Source of the DNA: Selaginella moellendorffii
Taxonomy: Eukaryota; Plantae; Lycopodiophyta
Direction of reading: 5' to 3'
DNA: 64,000 nt
Assembly: GCF_000143415.4 (NCBI RefSeq)
Contig: NW_003314291.1
Span: forward strand, 945,702-1,009,701
In this document: one piece after another, positions 13,112 to 25,115 of the stretch
Layout: each line of letters opens with the position of its first letter
How positions within the stretch are numbered: position 1 is the stretch's first letter
Position numbers and translations under genes: made by a program
Notes under the pieces: generated by a model
What the model was told of the DNA's origin: nothing
What the model saw: only the letters and a program-made list of their open reading frames with translations
Database searches by the model: none

Positions 13112-14959
13112 ATGAAGTGTCGAGCTGTTCTATCGACTTGTTTCCAGCGATGGGTGATCTCGATTTACAGACAAAGCTCAAGGTTCAATGAGAAAACGGA
13201 GTCCAGCGCGTCTGCGTCTATAGGTGTTCTTCTCGCTGCATTGAAGGCCTGTCTTGTTACAAGGGACTTGCAAGCTGGGAAGAAAGTCCACTCCGATGCC
13301 TCTTACGCCGGGCATGCGTCGGACGTCTTCATCGCGACCACTTTGATCAACATGTACGCGAAGTGTGGCAGCACGGTTGATGCTCGGGCAGTTTTCGACA
13401 GCATGCCTCAAGACGTGGTCTCGACAACTGCTATGATCCTGGGACACGTAGAAAACGGGGAGAACGTCCGGGCTTTGGAGCTCTTTTCCGGGATAGTTGT
13501 TCGGCCGGACGCTCGAGCTTTTGTTGCTGCTCTTCGGGCTTCTGCTGGATTAGCAGCCGGCGAGGACGGGCAAACCATCGGAGGGAAGATGGTTAAGCGG
13601 GATTCACTGGAGAAAGGAATGGCAGTACACCATCAAGCTACGGAGGCCGGCGACGACACCCATATCTTCGTAGCAACGACGCTCATCGACATGTACTCCA
13701 AGTGTGGGAGCCTGCTGGATGCACGAAAAGTTTTCGACAAGATGGCTACGTACGACGTGGTCGCCTGGAACAGTCTGCTGATGGGATGCGTAGAGAACAG
13801 GGAAAGCGAGCTAGCTCTGGCGTTACTCTCGAGCATGGAGGATCTTTCTCTAGCTCCCGACGCTCGGACCTTCGTCGCATCACTCGGGGCCTGCGCGATC
13901 TTGGCCGAGTGCGAAGCAGCGAGTGAAGTTAATGGCCAGCTCCTCAAGGTGGCGAGCCTGGAAAGGGGTAATGCTCTACACTCCCGAGCGGTGGACTGTG
14001 GCCTAGACTTGGACATCTTCGTCGCCAACACGCTCGTCGACATGTACGCCAAGTGCGGGAGCATGGCGAGAGCTCGCAGCGTCTTTGACAAACTTTGGCA
14101 CCGAGACGTCGTCTCGTGGACCGCTCTCATCCTGGGCTACGCCGAGAACGGCGACGCGGAGGTGGCTCTCGAGTTGTATTCGCGGATGAGACGCGATGGC
14201 TGCGAGCCCGACTCGAAAACACTGGTGGCGGCTCTGGTGGCGTGTGGGAACTTGGTGGCGCTGGATGCTGGGAGGAGGATCCACGACGACGCAAGGAGGC
14301 TCGAGCTACACAGCAACGTACTCGTTGGCAACGCTCTGGTGGATTTCTACGCGACGTGTGGAAGCATGGAAGCGGCCGAGGAAGCTTTCAGCTCGATCAC
14401 CAGGAAGGATACTATATCCTGGAACTCGCTCGTCACAGGTTACAGCAAGCAGGGTGACGCCGAGAAGGTCTTGAGTTTGTTCCAGCGGATGCAAGAAGGT
14501 GGCGGCGAGAGGATCAAGCCAAACTCCATTACTTTTCTCTCGGTTCTCTCGGCGTGTGGCCACTGCGGACTCGTCGACAAAGGAAGAGAGATCTTCCAGG
14601 CCATGGCGAAGCAGCACGGTGTAGAGCCCGGGATGGAGCACTTTCACTGCGTGATCGACATGCTGGGACGCGGTGGTCACCTGGAACAAGCTTTGGAGAC
14701 GATCGAGGCCATGCCTTGGGCAGCCGACGCCACGACTTGGACGATCGTTCTATCCTCGTGCCGGAAGTGGAAGAACGCGAGGATTGGAAGGGTGGCGTTT
14801 GATCGATTGATGGAGTTGGATGGAGGCAAGGAGTCGTCGACTTACTTGCTCATGGCGGGGATTTACGCGAGCGCTGGAATGCGGGCGGAGAAAGAAGAAG
14901 TGCTCCAGCTGGCACGCCACGTGTCTGGTGACGTGGACGTTATTACTGACACGACATAA
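13112..14959 (+). CDS. PLS-class PPR protein with E-type C-terminus (organellar RNA-editing factor-like)
   Basis: 615-aa ORF with repeated LIxMYAKCGS, VVSWTALILGY and PNSITFLSVLSACGHCGLVDKG motifs, HFHCVIDMLGRGGHL, and an E-like YLLMAGIYA. No DYW. Confidence 0.9.
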   Translation: MKCRAVLSTCFQRWVISIYRQSSRFNEKTESSASASIGVLLAALKACLVTRDLQAGKKVHSDASYAGHASDVFIATTLINMYAKCGSTVDARAVFDSMPQDVVSTTAMILGHVENGENVRALELFSGIVVRPDARAFVAALRASAGLAAGEDGQTIGGKMVKRDSLEKGMAVHHQATEAGDDTHIFVATTLIDMYSKCGSLLDARKVFDKMATYDVVAWNSLLMGCVENRESELALALLSSMEDLSLAPDARTFVASLGACAILAECEAASEVNGQLLKVASLERGNALHSRAVDCGLDLDIFVANTLVDMYAKCGSMARARSVFDKLWHRDVVSWTALILGYAENGDAEVALELYSRMRRDGCEPDSKTLVAALVACGNLVALDAGRRIHDDARRLELHSNVLVGNALVDFYATCGSMEAAEEAFSSITRKDTISWNSLVTGYSKQGDAEKVLSLFQRMQEGGGERIKPNSITFLSVLSACGHCGLVDKGREIFQAMAKQHGVEPGMEHFHCVIDMLGRGGHLEQALETIEAMPWAADATTWTIVLSSCRKWKNARIGRVAFDRLMELDGGKESSTYLLMAGIYASAGMRAEKEEVLQLARHVSGDVDVITDTT

Positions 14960-15097
14960 TATATAATCACGACCACTTGGCTATTTGGCGGACACGTGGA
15001 CAGCAATGGGCGACTCACATTTCCCTGAAATTGGGAGCACACATTTTGGGTTGTCTCTTTCCCCTAGCGCGCTTGTCTCCGTACGATCATCCACGTG
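14918..15097. promoter_or_regulatory. Cluster of three G-box/ABRE cores (CACGTG) upstream of the carrier gene
   Basis: CACGTG at 14918-14923, 14993-14998 and 15092-15097, each in a CCACGTGTC context on one strand. Confidence 0.45.
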
Positions 15098-15251
15098 TCA
15101 CTCATCGAGGCGATCCCGTTTGGGTTGTGTATGTTGATCCATTAGCTCGCGCGCTAGGGATTCGCATTCTCGCCTGGATCGATCGATCGATCGGTCCGAC
15201 GCGCATTGCGATCTCCCTCGCGGCGGCGAATTGGGCTGCGAATTGCGCGCA

Positions 15252-16148
15252 ATGGATGTGGCCAAGGATCTAACGTCGGGGACGCTGGCGGGCGTGGCGC
15301 AGCTCCTCGTCGGCCACCCCTTTGACACGATCAAGGTGAAGCTCCAGAGCCAGCCCGCCCCCCGCCCAGGTGAGCCGCCAATCTACGCTGGCGCCATAGA
15401 CGCCGTCAAGAAGACCCTGGCGGCGGAGGGATCCCGGGGCCTCTACAAGGGCATGGGCGCGCCGCTGGCCACCGTCGCGGTCTTCAACGCTGTGCTCTTC
15501 GCGTCGCGCGGCCAGATGGAGAGCATATTCCGCGAGCGCCCTGGGCAGATCCTGACCGTCCAGCAACAGATGCTCTGCGGCGCTGGCGCCGGCGTGGCCG
15601 TCAGCCTCGTCGCCTGCCCCACGGAGCTCGTCAAGTGCCGGCTCCAGGCCCAGTCAGCCCTAGCTGCGAGCGGCGCCGCCGGCGTCGCCACCGTGTCGTA
15701 CGCCGGCCCCATGGACGTCGCCCGGCACGTCGCACGGAACGAAGGCGGCGCCGTCGTGGGGCTCTACAAGGGCCTCTTCCCGACGCTCTTGCGCGAAGTC
15801 CCCGGCAATGCCGCCATGTTTGGAAGCTACGAGGCGATCAAGCAGGCCTTGGCGGGCGGGAAGGCGACGAACACACTCGGGCAGGGGTCGCTGCTAGCGG
15901 CGGGCGGAGCGGCGGGAGCGATGTACTGGCTGGCGGTGTATCCCGCCGACGTCGTCAAGAGTATGATCCAAGTTGACGACCACAGCAACCCAAAGTTCCG
16001 GGGGACGCTGGACGCCTTCCAAAAGGTATACCGCAGCGAGGGGATCAAGGGGCTGTACCGGGGATTCGGCCCGGCCATGGCTCGGAGCGTGCCTGCCAAT
16101 GCCGCCTGCTTCCTCACCTATGAGCTCGTGAGATCCAGCTTGAAGTGA
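15252..16148 (+). CDS. BOU: Mitochondrial carrier, carnitine/acylcarnitine-carrier-like (A BOUT DE SOUFFLE homologue), intronless
   Basis: MDVAKDLTSGTLAGVAQLLVGHPFDTIKVKLQSQP; three PX[DE]XX[KR] repeats (PFDTIK, PTELVK, PADVVK); ends ARSVPANAACFLTYE. Confidence 0.88.
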   Translation: MDVAKDLTSGTLAGVAQLLVGHPFDTIKVKLQSQPAPRPGEPPIYAGAIDAVKKTLAAEGSRGLYKGMGAPLATVAVFNAVLFASRGQMESIFRERPGQILTVQQQMLCGAGAGVAVSLVACPTELVKCRLQAQSALAASGAAGVATVSYAGPMDVARHVARNEGGAVVGLYKGLFPTLLREVPGNAAMFGSYEAIKQALAGGKATNTLGQGSLLAAGGAAGAMYWLAVYPADVVKSMIQVDDHSNPKFRGTLDAFQKVYRSEGIKGLYRGFGPAMARSVPANAACFLTYELVRSSLK

Positions 16149-16429
16149 GATCTCGCTCAAACATATATAGAGACCGAAAAAAACAAGACGGGAAAAGGAC
16201 TACCTCATCGCATTCTTTCTTCTTGCAAAGAAAAAGGTTGTGTGTTTCATCATCTTTTTTCTTTGTGCTCGCTTCTTCTTCGTCTTCTTCCCTCTTCAAA
16301 ACAAGACAGGGCTGCCATTAGTTCTCCGGATAAATTGTACCTATTGGCCTCTTTCGAATCTGTACAAAGTCCCGCAACATGGGAAGTCCTCCTAATTAGA
16401 AAACGCCAGCGCTTGTTTGATGGTGCGAG

Positions 16430-19400
16430 CTAGTTGTCTTCTTCCGGGGCCTCGTGAAGCCAGCAAAGCCACTTTCCAACTTCGCGAATCGCCTATATAC
16501 AACGCTATTAGCTAACGAAGGAGACGTGTTTTTATAGTCTAGAGTACCTGTTCTCTTCCAGGGGTCGGGTCTTTGACGTCGTCCTGCCACTTGAAAAAAG
16601 CATTCTCCGAGATAACCTGCACACTCACGATGTGAGTTTCTTTCGCTTGCCTTGTAAGGTAGGGAGGAAACACTCACCTCGTCCGTGTAAAAACTGTTGA
16701 ACAAAGCTGTCATTAAGCCGCTAGGATGGCCATGATGATGAGCAAATTGTTGCACGGCTACTATGTCTGCAAAGGCATGAAACCAGCCCGTCAGTCGACC
16801 GACTATAGAACACTCGAACGCAAAAGATACAACATTGTCCTTGACTTGCGCCGGCAGCTTTGGCATTTGCAGCAGTAACTCTTTTCAAAAGGTCCGAGTA
16901 CTTCCGTGTGCGTTTGAGAGAAGCCTGCACAGGAAAAAAGAAAGAAGAGATTTTTTCGAAATAAATCCGCCGTAAAATCTCAAGTATACCTCGTAGTCTT
17001 CAGAGGGCACAGGATGGACCGTCTGGTTTAAAACCTCAGTCATCAACATGCGTAGAAACCCAGCATTTGTAAACAAAGAGGAAGCGTTTGTCTGTGCATT
17101 TGCATTTACCAGTTGAGTAAAGTGAGACCAACTCTGAAAGAATTACGTACCTCCAGCCATTTCAAAACTTCGGGAACGGACACATTGTTTGCGAATGCAT
17201 CCTTCAAATAACCCTCGACAGGGAGAACCTGTATGGTCGTAAAATATGTCAGCAGAAAACCAATAACATACAAATGGAGCTTGACACTTACAGGGTCCAG
17301 ACAGAGAAGATTCTTTTTTCTCAAAAACGCCTCGACTTGTCCAGGTCTAGGATTTAGGACAAAATCTTGAATGTTAACTCCGGCAGCCTTGTACAATCGT
17401 AGCATTTCTTCCTCGTTCTTCTCCTTGCGAATAGTGTCCAAGACAGCACCAAAAATCTCCAATGCGTCGGTACTCAGCAGTAAACTATCCTTCTCCGCCC
17501 CACCCTCTTTTACCAGTTTTTCGACTTGAATTAATGGAAACACATCCTCCGCAACAAGCTTCCCGACAACGCTTCCTAGGTAGTCAGCGGCTTTCGGAAC
17601 GTCCACCACTGTGTCTTCAAACACAGAAAGAACAGACGCTATCCTGTTGATAGATAACAAACTTTAGGAAAAGGAACCTTAAACCTTAAAACATTTGCAT
17701 ACCCTTCTCTCATTTGATCGTAAGTTAGTAGCGCAGGGCTCTGCGATCGTAGATGCTTGATGAGCGTCGCCATTAGGTCCCGTTCAACGTCCTTTCTCTC
17801 GAAAGATTCCAATATCCACTGCGAAACCATTTTCGCGTGATAGTCAGGCCTTCCGAGTTCCTCAACGCACTGAACTGCTTCCTTCACATCCCTTATGCTG
17901 CACATACATTGGCACTGCATTAGAAACAAAAAATGCACTGGATAGAAAACCAATACTGAACCTGTAGTACTCTTCAATGGCCAGAGTACTTTTCTTTCTC
18001 AGCTGCTCTTCTGTCAGTGCTGGGGGCTGAGAGACTTGTGGTGCAGGTGTAGGCGGAGTCGATGGCCTTTCTATTGTGGAATAAGCTGCCAGCCGATCAC
18101 TAGCAGATCGTTCCAAACCACGATACTCCTTCACACCCGGGGCAGCTGACATAGGCCTCTCCAATATAGGCCTTTCGCCAGCCCCAAAACCAGTACCACC
18201 CCTCGAGAACTCATCCCTGCTTATGTAAGGTTCCCTGTTCATACTTGGTGCAGTACCAGGACGTCGAAAATCCACTTGCATCTTAGGTGGCACGTCGCCT
18301 AAAGCACTCCGTGCAGAGGGCCCGGGAGCACCACGCATTGGACCCCTTCCAAGTCCTCCTTGAGGAACAAACGTAAACTCCTCTGACCTCTGCGGCATCG
18401 GCATCGGCATTGGCCTGCTATCCATAAAAAACTGATCTTCTTTTCGAACATCCTGCATGTAACGACCTGGCATTCCTCCTCGACCCATCGGTGACATAGC
18501 TCCGGGAGATGGTGGTACACGCCTCATGCTCATACCGCGAGAAAATCTGTCTCGGCTAGTGTGGGCAAGCCGCTCCTGTTGAGCGTCCCTGTGCACCTCC
18601 TCAATCTTCTTGGGACCCTCAACCTTTCTTCGCTGCTGCCAGTCATTGTTTCTAAGGTCGATAACGTCCTTCAAACCAAATCTCAGTCTAGACGGAAGCT
18701 TCGGGTTGTTGGAGAGGTCCAAAATCCTCTCGAAGTAAGCATCTATATGAGCCTTTGCCTTGCTGTGATCGATAAGCGAACCGATGGTTGTCATGAGCTT
18801 GCAGAGTGCTTCTATATTCTCCTCGTCAGGACTCTGGTATTCTCCCAAGAGCGACGTGATGCACTGATGCATGATCCGCTCCGTTAGCATGCTCTCCTTG
18901 TACAGCTCGCCGATAAAACGGATGTTTCCCAGCATTCGTCTGCGGGCCTTCACGCGCTTGATCTCACGTTCTTCCGGGGTGATGGCGATACCATCTTCCT
19001 CAGTCTTGCCAGCTTCTTCCTCTTCTCTCTTACCACGCTCAAACTCTTCCTGGCACTTGTTCAGAAGAACCCGCTTGAAAGTAACTTTCTCCCCATCCTC
19101 AGTAAACTCGGGCAAGGCAACCGACAACTGGACACAAAAACGTGCGTACGTCTCACAAAACGTTGGCTCCATGATGGCTTTGTCGAAAATCTGAGATATC
19201 ACGCCATAAAGCGTAGCTGCGGTCTCAATCCCCAGGTCCTGAACTTGAGCAAACAGCTTCTCGAAGTTTTGAGGCGTGAGCTTATTAAGGATGCCCTTCA
19301 CCTGCCTTTGCTTGGCGTCTTCTTCGTCAGAAACTTTACCAATCTCATAACGCTTCTCTGCCTTGTGCATTGCAGGCAAAGGCGTAGGAGATGGAATGAG

Positions 19401-21890
19401 ACCCTTCTGAGGATGAATCCAGCTGAGAGAATCAACACCACGTCCCGGAACAATGTGAGGCGGCATGTTGGGAAGCATTGGTGGCGGAAACCTCATCCCT
19501 GCTGAAGTGTTACCCGGTCTGAATCCATCAACTCGAATGTCCTGTGCCCGTCCCGATGGAGTTATAGGCTGCTTAATCCACCTGTCCTCGTCTGCTGGTC
19601 GTCGCGGAACTCCCCGGAGTCCCATATCTACTGGCGGGACCAAAATAACCTCTATATCCGGCCTAACTTCAAAATCTGGTGGCAAGCTCACGTTGTGTTC
19701 CCTTTGCGTCAGCAGAAAGTCCCTACTGTATCTCTTCTGTGTCGAAAGCTGAGTATTGTCGTCCGGCTTGGGTGCCGGAGTCGGCAAGTCGGCAGCATCT
19801 TCCCAATCATCCAACTCTTTCGGAGGCTCCACTTCTACTGAAGGCTTCTTTTCAGCTTTGACTTCCACTTCCTGTTGCTCTGCCGGTACCACGAGCTCAT
19901 CCTTCTTCTCGTCGGGAGCCTTGTAAGCGTTGTACAGGTCGGCATTTGATCCCGCAGCGTCAGCTTTAGCAAGAATCTTTTTCTTGTTTTTCTTCTTACT
20001 TCCTTGTTTCACTTCGACGACCACCTCAGTAGAATGTGAAGCGGACTCCGATACCAACTTGGGGACAGCTTCCGCAGGTGGTTCCACTTCCAACGCAACC
20101 GGGGGAGTTTCAGCATGCTTCTCAACCTCTATCGGCTTTTCGTCATTATCGCCATCCTTTTGAGAACCAGCTGCAGCTGCATCGACACTTCCAACCGACT
20201 GCTCTATCTCCTGCACTGTGCTACTTTCCGGCGTTGGAGGTGCACCAACCTCTACGCTACCTTCAGAAACTGTTGCCCCGGACTCAACGATTTGGTCGGC
20301 ACTTTCCTGTGGAACATCCACTGCTACGGTTGTGGTGGTAGTAGTCTCTTCTATGAGCGTCTCTGTAACCGCAGTACTGTCGACAACAGCCTCCGTACCA
20401 GCCTCCGCCCGTGCACTATCTAAAAGCTCAGATGGTGTAACTGTAGTGTCGACATGAGAATCTGTGGGTGGCACTGCCGGAGTCGCAACTTGCGTGCCAC
20501 GGGGGATAAAAGATGCTCCAGGAGGACCATAACCCCTCTGAGAATCCCCCATATTCAGAGGGAAAAACGGCGGGCCTGTCGTTGATAGTGGCGTTGAGTA
20601 GTGATTCATACCCACCGACGGCGACGGCCCGGTAAAGTTCATTGGTCTGATTGGCGGCCCCCTTGGTAAAACTGACGCAGGCAACACCTCTTCTTGCGTT
20701 TCCGGATTGACAATCTTCAACGCCCTGCTAGCCCGCTGCACAAACGGAAATGACTGACCATGATGTCCCATCATTTGCTGAGGCACGATCGAGGTTCCAA
20801 CTTGAGAACCCATCACTGGAGACGGTTGAAACTTAGCTCCGGGTGTGAAGGCCGGCGGCTGAACTAAATTGTGGTTGTGTTGGAGAACCGGCTGCTGTAA
20901 AGGCTGCTGAATCGTGTTCTGAGGTTGAGAGCTGACAACTTGCATCGGAATTGGCATGTGTGCAGGCCGAACAGGTTGTGTAGGGGGAAGCGGTGCATGA
21001 TCCAAAACAACGGGTGGCAAAAGCTTGCCAGCGCGAGAAGCTTCATACTGCGCCTAATAGCGCAAAACTTGTAAGCAAAGCACACAAGCAACAGAAAAAA
21101 AGACTAAGTAAAAACGTACTTGCTCTCGCTTCTGCTCGTCAAGGTTTGGAGGAGCCGATGTTGTACGAGCTGGAATCTAGACACCCATGAACAATGAAAA
21201 CATTGCACAAGAACCAGTCAAAGCTATAGATACCTGCACGCCGCCATTAGGCCCCAACCCTCCGGGACTGAAGCTGCCAAATTGAAATGTCATTGCTGGT
21301 TGCCGGGCAATATCTTCAGTAAAACAAAAACTCTATGAATCAGAACGCCGAGGAACAAGATTAAAGACGACAAACTCACCAGCCTGGGATTTTTCCGGAG
21401 TACTCGGAGATAGAGGCTGCTTGCCATTGTTGTGTACTGGCCGCCTAGGAGCTGGCACAGACACATTACCACCTAGAACATCCCCCATTAAAGAGCAAGT
21501 TAACACTAACGAATAAAATAACACAATGTTTCTCACCAGTAGGCCGATGAGTCGGCTGCAAAATTGCCTCTCCACCATTCGCATTGTTTGTATACTGCTG
21601 CCAGTTATTCTTCCTGCGAGCTAGGCATTAAACCCTTCCACTCAAAGAGAAAGAAAAGAAAAGAGCAAAGAAGGCTTGGCTTACCTCCGACCCGCGCTTC
21701 CATGAGCATTGGGACGAGGAGTGGGATGATTAGAATGAGGGGGAGCGCTCGCTGAAGGGCCAGGCCCCCCTGCGCCTCCACCCTTTGCTGATCCCTGCGT
21801 CGCTCGATACACAGCAGCTCCTCCACGGCCGCTTCCTCCTCTCTTGAGCTGCGATTCAACTGGATCCGCCTTCGCCTGATTAGTGGTCAT
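16430..21890 (-). CDS. eIF4G: Eukaryotic translation initiation factor 4G (multi-exon): eIF4E-binding motif, MIF4G, MA3 and C-terminal W2 domain
   Basis: YSRDFLL (YxxxxLL); MIF4G (KGILNKLTPQNFEKL...MLGNIRFIGELYK); MA3 (LTEEQLRKKSTLAIEEYY...); terminal exons LFNSFYTDE|VISENAFFKWQDD...|AIREVGKWLCWLHEAPEEDN-stop. Start MTTNQAKAD at 21890. Confidence 0.93.
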
Positions 21891-21949
21891 AAATCCAGAG
21901 GCCAGGACACGCTTCCCCGCAATTCGTCCGCGAATTCGCGTCGCCTGGA

Positions 21950-22322
21950 AAACCCTAAGAACAAGAACCCTGCTCCGGCGCTGGGAATCGCTGCGCCAGA
22001 CCCTAAAATCACCTCTAGAATCCCGAGATTTCGATCACCGGCGGGGCGCCGGCGTGGAGATCGCGCCGATCCAGTGGCTGCACGAGATCGCGCTCATGCA
22101 TCACATCCTCATGGCGACTGCCGCCACAACACGGAGTCTGAGAGAGAAATGGAAGAAGAGAAAGCAAAAACACAGGAAGTAATCGCTACCCTATCCGAGC
22201 CTGTAGGCTCGGGCACATCCGTACCCCGAGCCTAGCCAGTCCGCGGTTCGAGTCGCCTTCCCGACGCGCTTTAACGGCAAAAAGATCGACCACTGGACCG
22301 TTGCGCGGCATTTTAGGGTTTA
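21950..22322. promoter_or_regulatory. Divergent promoter region with telo-boxes
   Basis: AAACCCTAA at ~21951 and TTAGGGTTT at ~22313 between head-to-head eIF4G and the coiled-coil gene. Telo-boxes are typical of plant translation-machinery genes. Confidence 0.5.
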
Positions 22323-22345
22323 GAAAGAAGAGAGCTTCTTTCGTC

Positions 22346-23574
22346 ATGGCAGTGACATTGTCGTCGGAGATGGAGAGCTACATGGAGGGATCGATCGCGC
22401 ATATGGTAGGGCTCTCTTGCGCGGATCAGCAGCTGCGCGAGAAGCTCCAGCTCGCGGAGCGCTCGCAGCTCGATTTGCAGAGCCAGGTCCACTGCTTGCA
22501 AGAGAGATTGCGGGAGATCCAGCAGAAATACAACACGGCCAAGGTAAAATCCGCGAGAAAGATCGCTGCTGGAGCCGTAATCTCGCGATTTCTTCCCTTT
22601 CTTTCTTGCTTTCCAGGTGGAGGCGAGCTTGAGCGCGCAGGCGCTGAAGAGGCAGATCGCCGAGACGCAGAAGGTCGCGGAGTATTGCAAGCATCTCAGC
22701 GAGGAGTGCTCGCGGCTGGAGAACGAGTGCCTGCTCTACCACAACGATAGGCAGATTTTCATGGAGGCGGCGGATGATGCCGAGGAGAGGGCCGCGGCGG
22801 CGGAGCATCGCGCGGCGGATGAGCTCCGGGAGGAATTCGAGCAACGGCGGAATCGGATGGAGGAGGAGCGCCTGGTTCACGACATGGTGGCGTCGGCAGT
22901 GAACGCTGCCGCTCTTAGAGCTGTGGAGCGGGAGAGGGACGCGGCCGTGCACAAGATGAGAGCTTCCGAGAGGTGCGTCCAGGGATTGTTTGGGGAGATC
23001 CAAGACTTGAGGAAGGACGCGCAGCAGTACGAAGCCAATCTCAAGAAGGCGGAAGTCGAGGTAAGAATCGCCCACTTCTCTTCTCTTTTCTCTCTTTGGT
23101 AGCCTTGTTCTTCGTTTTGTTATTGTTCTTCCTCCCTTCCTTTTCATTGCTCTCTCGCTTTTCACTTCCTTGTTTTTGTTCTTGTTCTTCCTCTCTTCTT
23201 TTTTATTGTTCTCTCGTTTTTCCTTCCTTGTTCTTGCTAGTGTTTGCTGACAAGCAATTGTTTTCTATCCGCAGGTGGAATTTCTCTACCAGGAGAACAA
23301 CGAGCTCAAGCTTTTGCTGGGAGGGAAGTATCCAGGCTCGACGGGGCAAGCAATCTCACCGCTACACATCCAAGGAGTAAGGTTCACGCCGAGATCAAAC
23401 TCTTTCATTCAAAGCAAGCTCTCGTTTGATTCCTCGAGTTCTACCTCTCTGTGCTTCTTGCAGATCAAGTGTCATGCTGCCAAGCCGGGCTGTACGCTGC
23501 TAGGCTTGTCTTCCAGACAACCTCTTACACCACTCCGGTCCAATCTCGCCGAGTGGAGACGACAATACAGATGA
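22346..23574 (+). CDS. Conserved plant coiled-coil protein of unknown function (4 exons)
   Basis: MAVTLSSEMESYMEGSIAHMVGL...EASLSAQALKRQ...LENECLLYHNDRQIFME...VEFLYQENNEL...RQPLTPLRSN; heptad-rich; GT-AG introns keep the frame. Confidence 0.75.
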
Positions 23575-23813
23575 GAAAAACTTTGCAAAGAGCTCGAGCA
23601 TCGCCATCGCTGGGAAGCACTGCGAGCAAAGCGAACGACGACTTGTAAATTCATCTGGCACGGAGGTTTTTGTAGCTCCGGAAGTTTGCAAGGCAAACTT
23701 TTTTTGTTGTTACTTTTTTAAAATGACGAATATACTTGAGATGCCTGTGTTGCCCTGATTCGGACGGTGTGGATTTGCGCTGGCCGAGCGATGCGTCTCC
23801 CGCCAAGATCAAG

Positions 23814-25081
23814 ATGAGGGCGAGAGGAATGGCGCCGAGCTATGGCGCCCAAGGGCAAGAAGGGAAAGAAAGGCGGGGCGCCGAAGCCAGATTCTGGATG
23901 GCAGAAGGTATGGCGATCGCGATCTAGGTCTGTGATCGGTGTGATGAGTTCTTGAGATGGATTTGTAGGCGCTAGGGAATTTCAAGTGGGAGCGGCCGCT
24001 GGAAGCTTTGCCAGATCCAGCTGCTGCGCCGAATTTTGGGGAAATTCGTGCTACAATCTTGCACGTTTGCCAATTGGTAAGCGATTTTTCTTCCACTACC
24101 TCCGTTTCTTTCGCTTAACCTTGGTAGAGTGTTTGCTAGATTTCCATTCTTTGGAGTAGCAAAGTGAATGAGGCATTTATCGATGAGCTCTTCAGGGCCT
24201 CTCGGCCTTCCTTGGTAAGATCACACAAAGCGAAAACATTCCATTCACATTTTCGATGGTTTTAAACTCTAGGAGAAGCTAGAGCTCCGTGGAGCGACGT
24301 CCTTGGCAAGGTTTGTCATGCCTGACAACATAGCAAACGCTCTCAAGGAGTTGGATTTGTCATGCTGCACAGCACTCGAGTATGTTTTCCTCGAGGTACT
24401 TCTACGATTTCTCAAGTTTCTTACAGGATTTTTCTTATACTCTCTTTTGGAGCAGTCGAGTTCTCTGGAGAAGCTATCGCTCGCGAGGTGTGGGAAGCTA
24501 AGAACAGGGCACATTGTCGCGCGGGGGCTCAAGGAGCTCAACCTCCACGAGTGTAACGAGCTCGTAGACCTCATGTTTTGGAGCGACAACGTGTTAATCT
24601 TAAATCCTCCTTACAAGGAGAAAGATCGACTGGAACTCTATTGTCCAGAGCTCAAAGGATTCCACTGCCCTCCCATGAAGGTAAGTTTCTCTTCCTTTAT
24701 TCCATTCGATCGTTTTAATGTGTGTTCTTCCAAGCTGGGATCACACATCGTCCAAGTTTTTTTGCTTGCAAATCGTCCTCGAGTGGAACAAGTCCAAGTT
24801 CCGCTTGCAAATCGTCCTCGTTTTGCTGCGTTCCATGCCAGTGGAAGAACAATCCAGTGACAAGCCAAACGCTTTTTTTTCTTGTTCTTCGTTGCTCTCT
24901 TCCGCAGATTGTGAGACCAATTGTGGAGACTCCACCTCCATTGAAGGAACTCCTCGAGCACGACAAGGTGGTCGAAAGATATGAGATTGAGCGGAACCGT
25001 GTTCTCGAGCCAGGCTTCACGGGATTAGCAGACTTTCCGAAGACACCATACCTGGGATTTAATTCTTATCGGCTAGCATAG
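23814..25081 (+). CDS. Cys-containing LRR (F-box/LRR-like) protein, possibly 5'-truncated; start uncertain
   Basis: Exons encode LEKLELRGATSL, LKELDLSCCTAL, LEKLSLARCGKL, LKELNLHECNEL and LELYCPELKG. The last exon ends ...GFNSYRLA-stop. Confidence 0.55.
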
Positions 25082-25115
25082 GAATCAATCTAGAACTTAT
25101 CTTTCTCTTGCGAAG

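Noticed and set aside
22190-22270. GGTTCGAGTC (tRNA B-box-like) next to the palindrome CCGAGCCT-GT-AGGCTCGG
   Set aside because: No cloverleaf, acceptor stem or properly spaced A-box could be built. Treated as promoter sequence.
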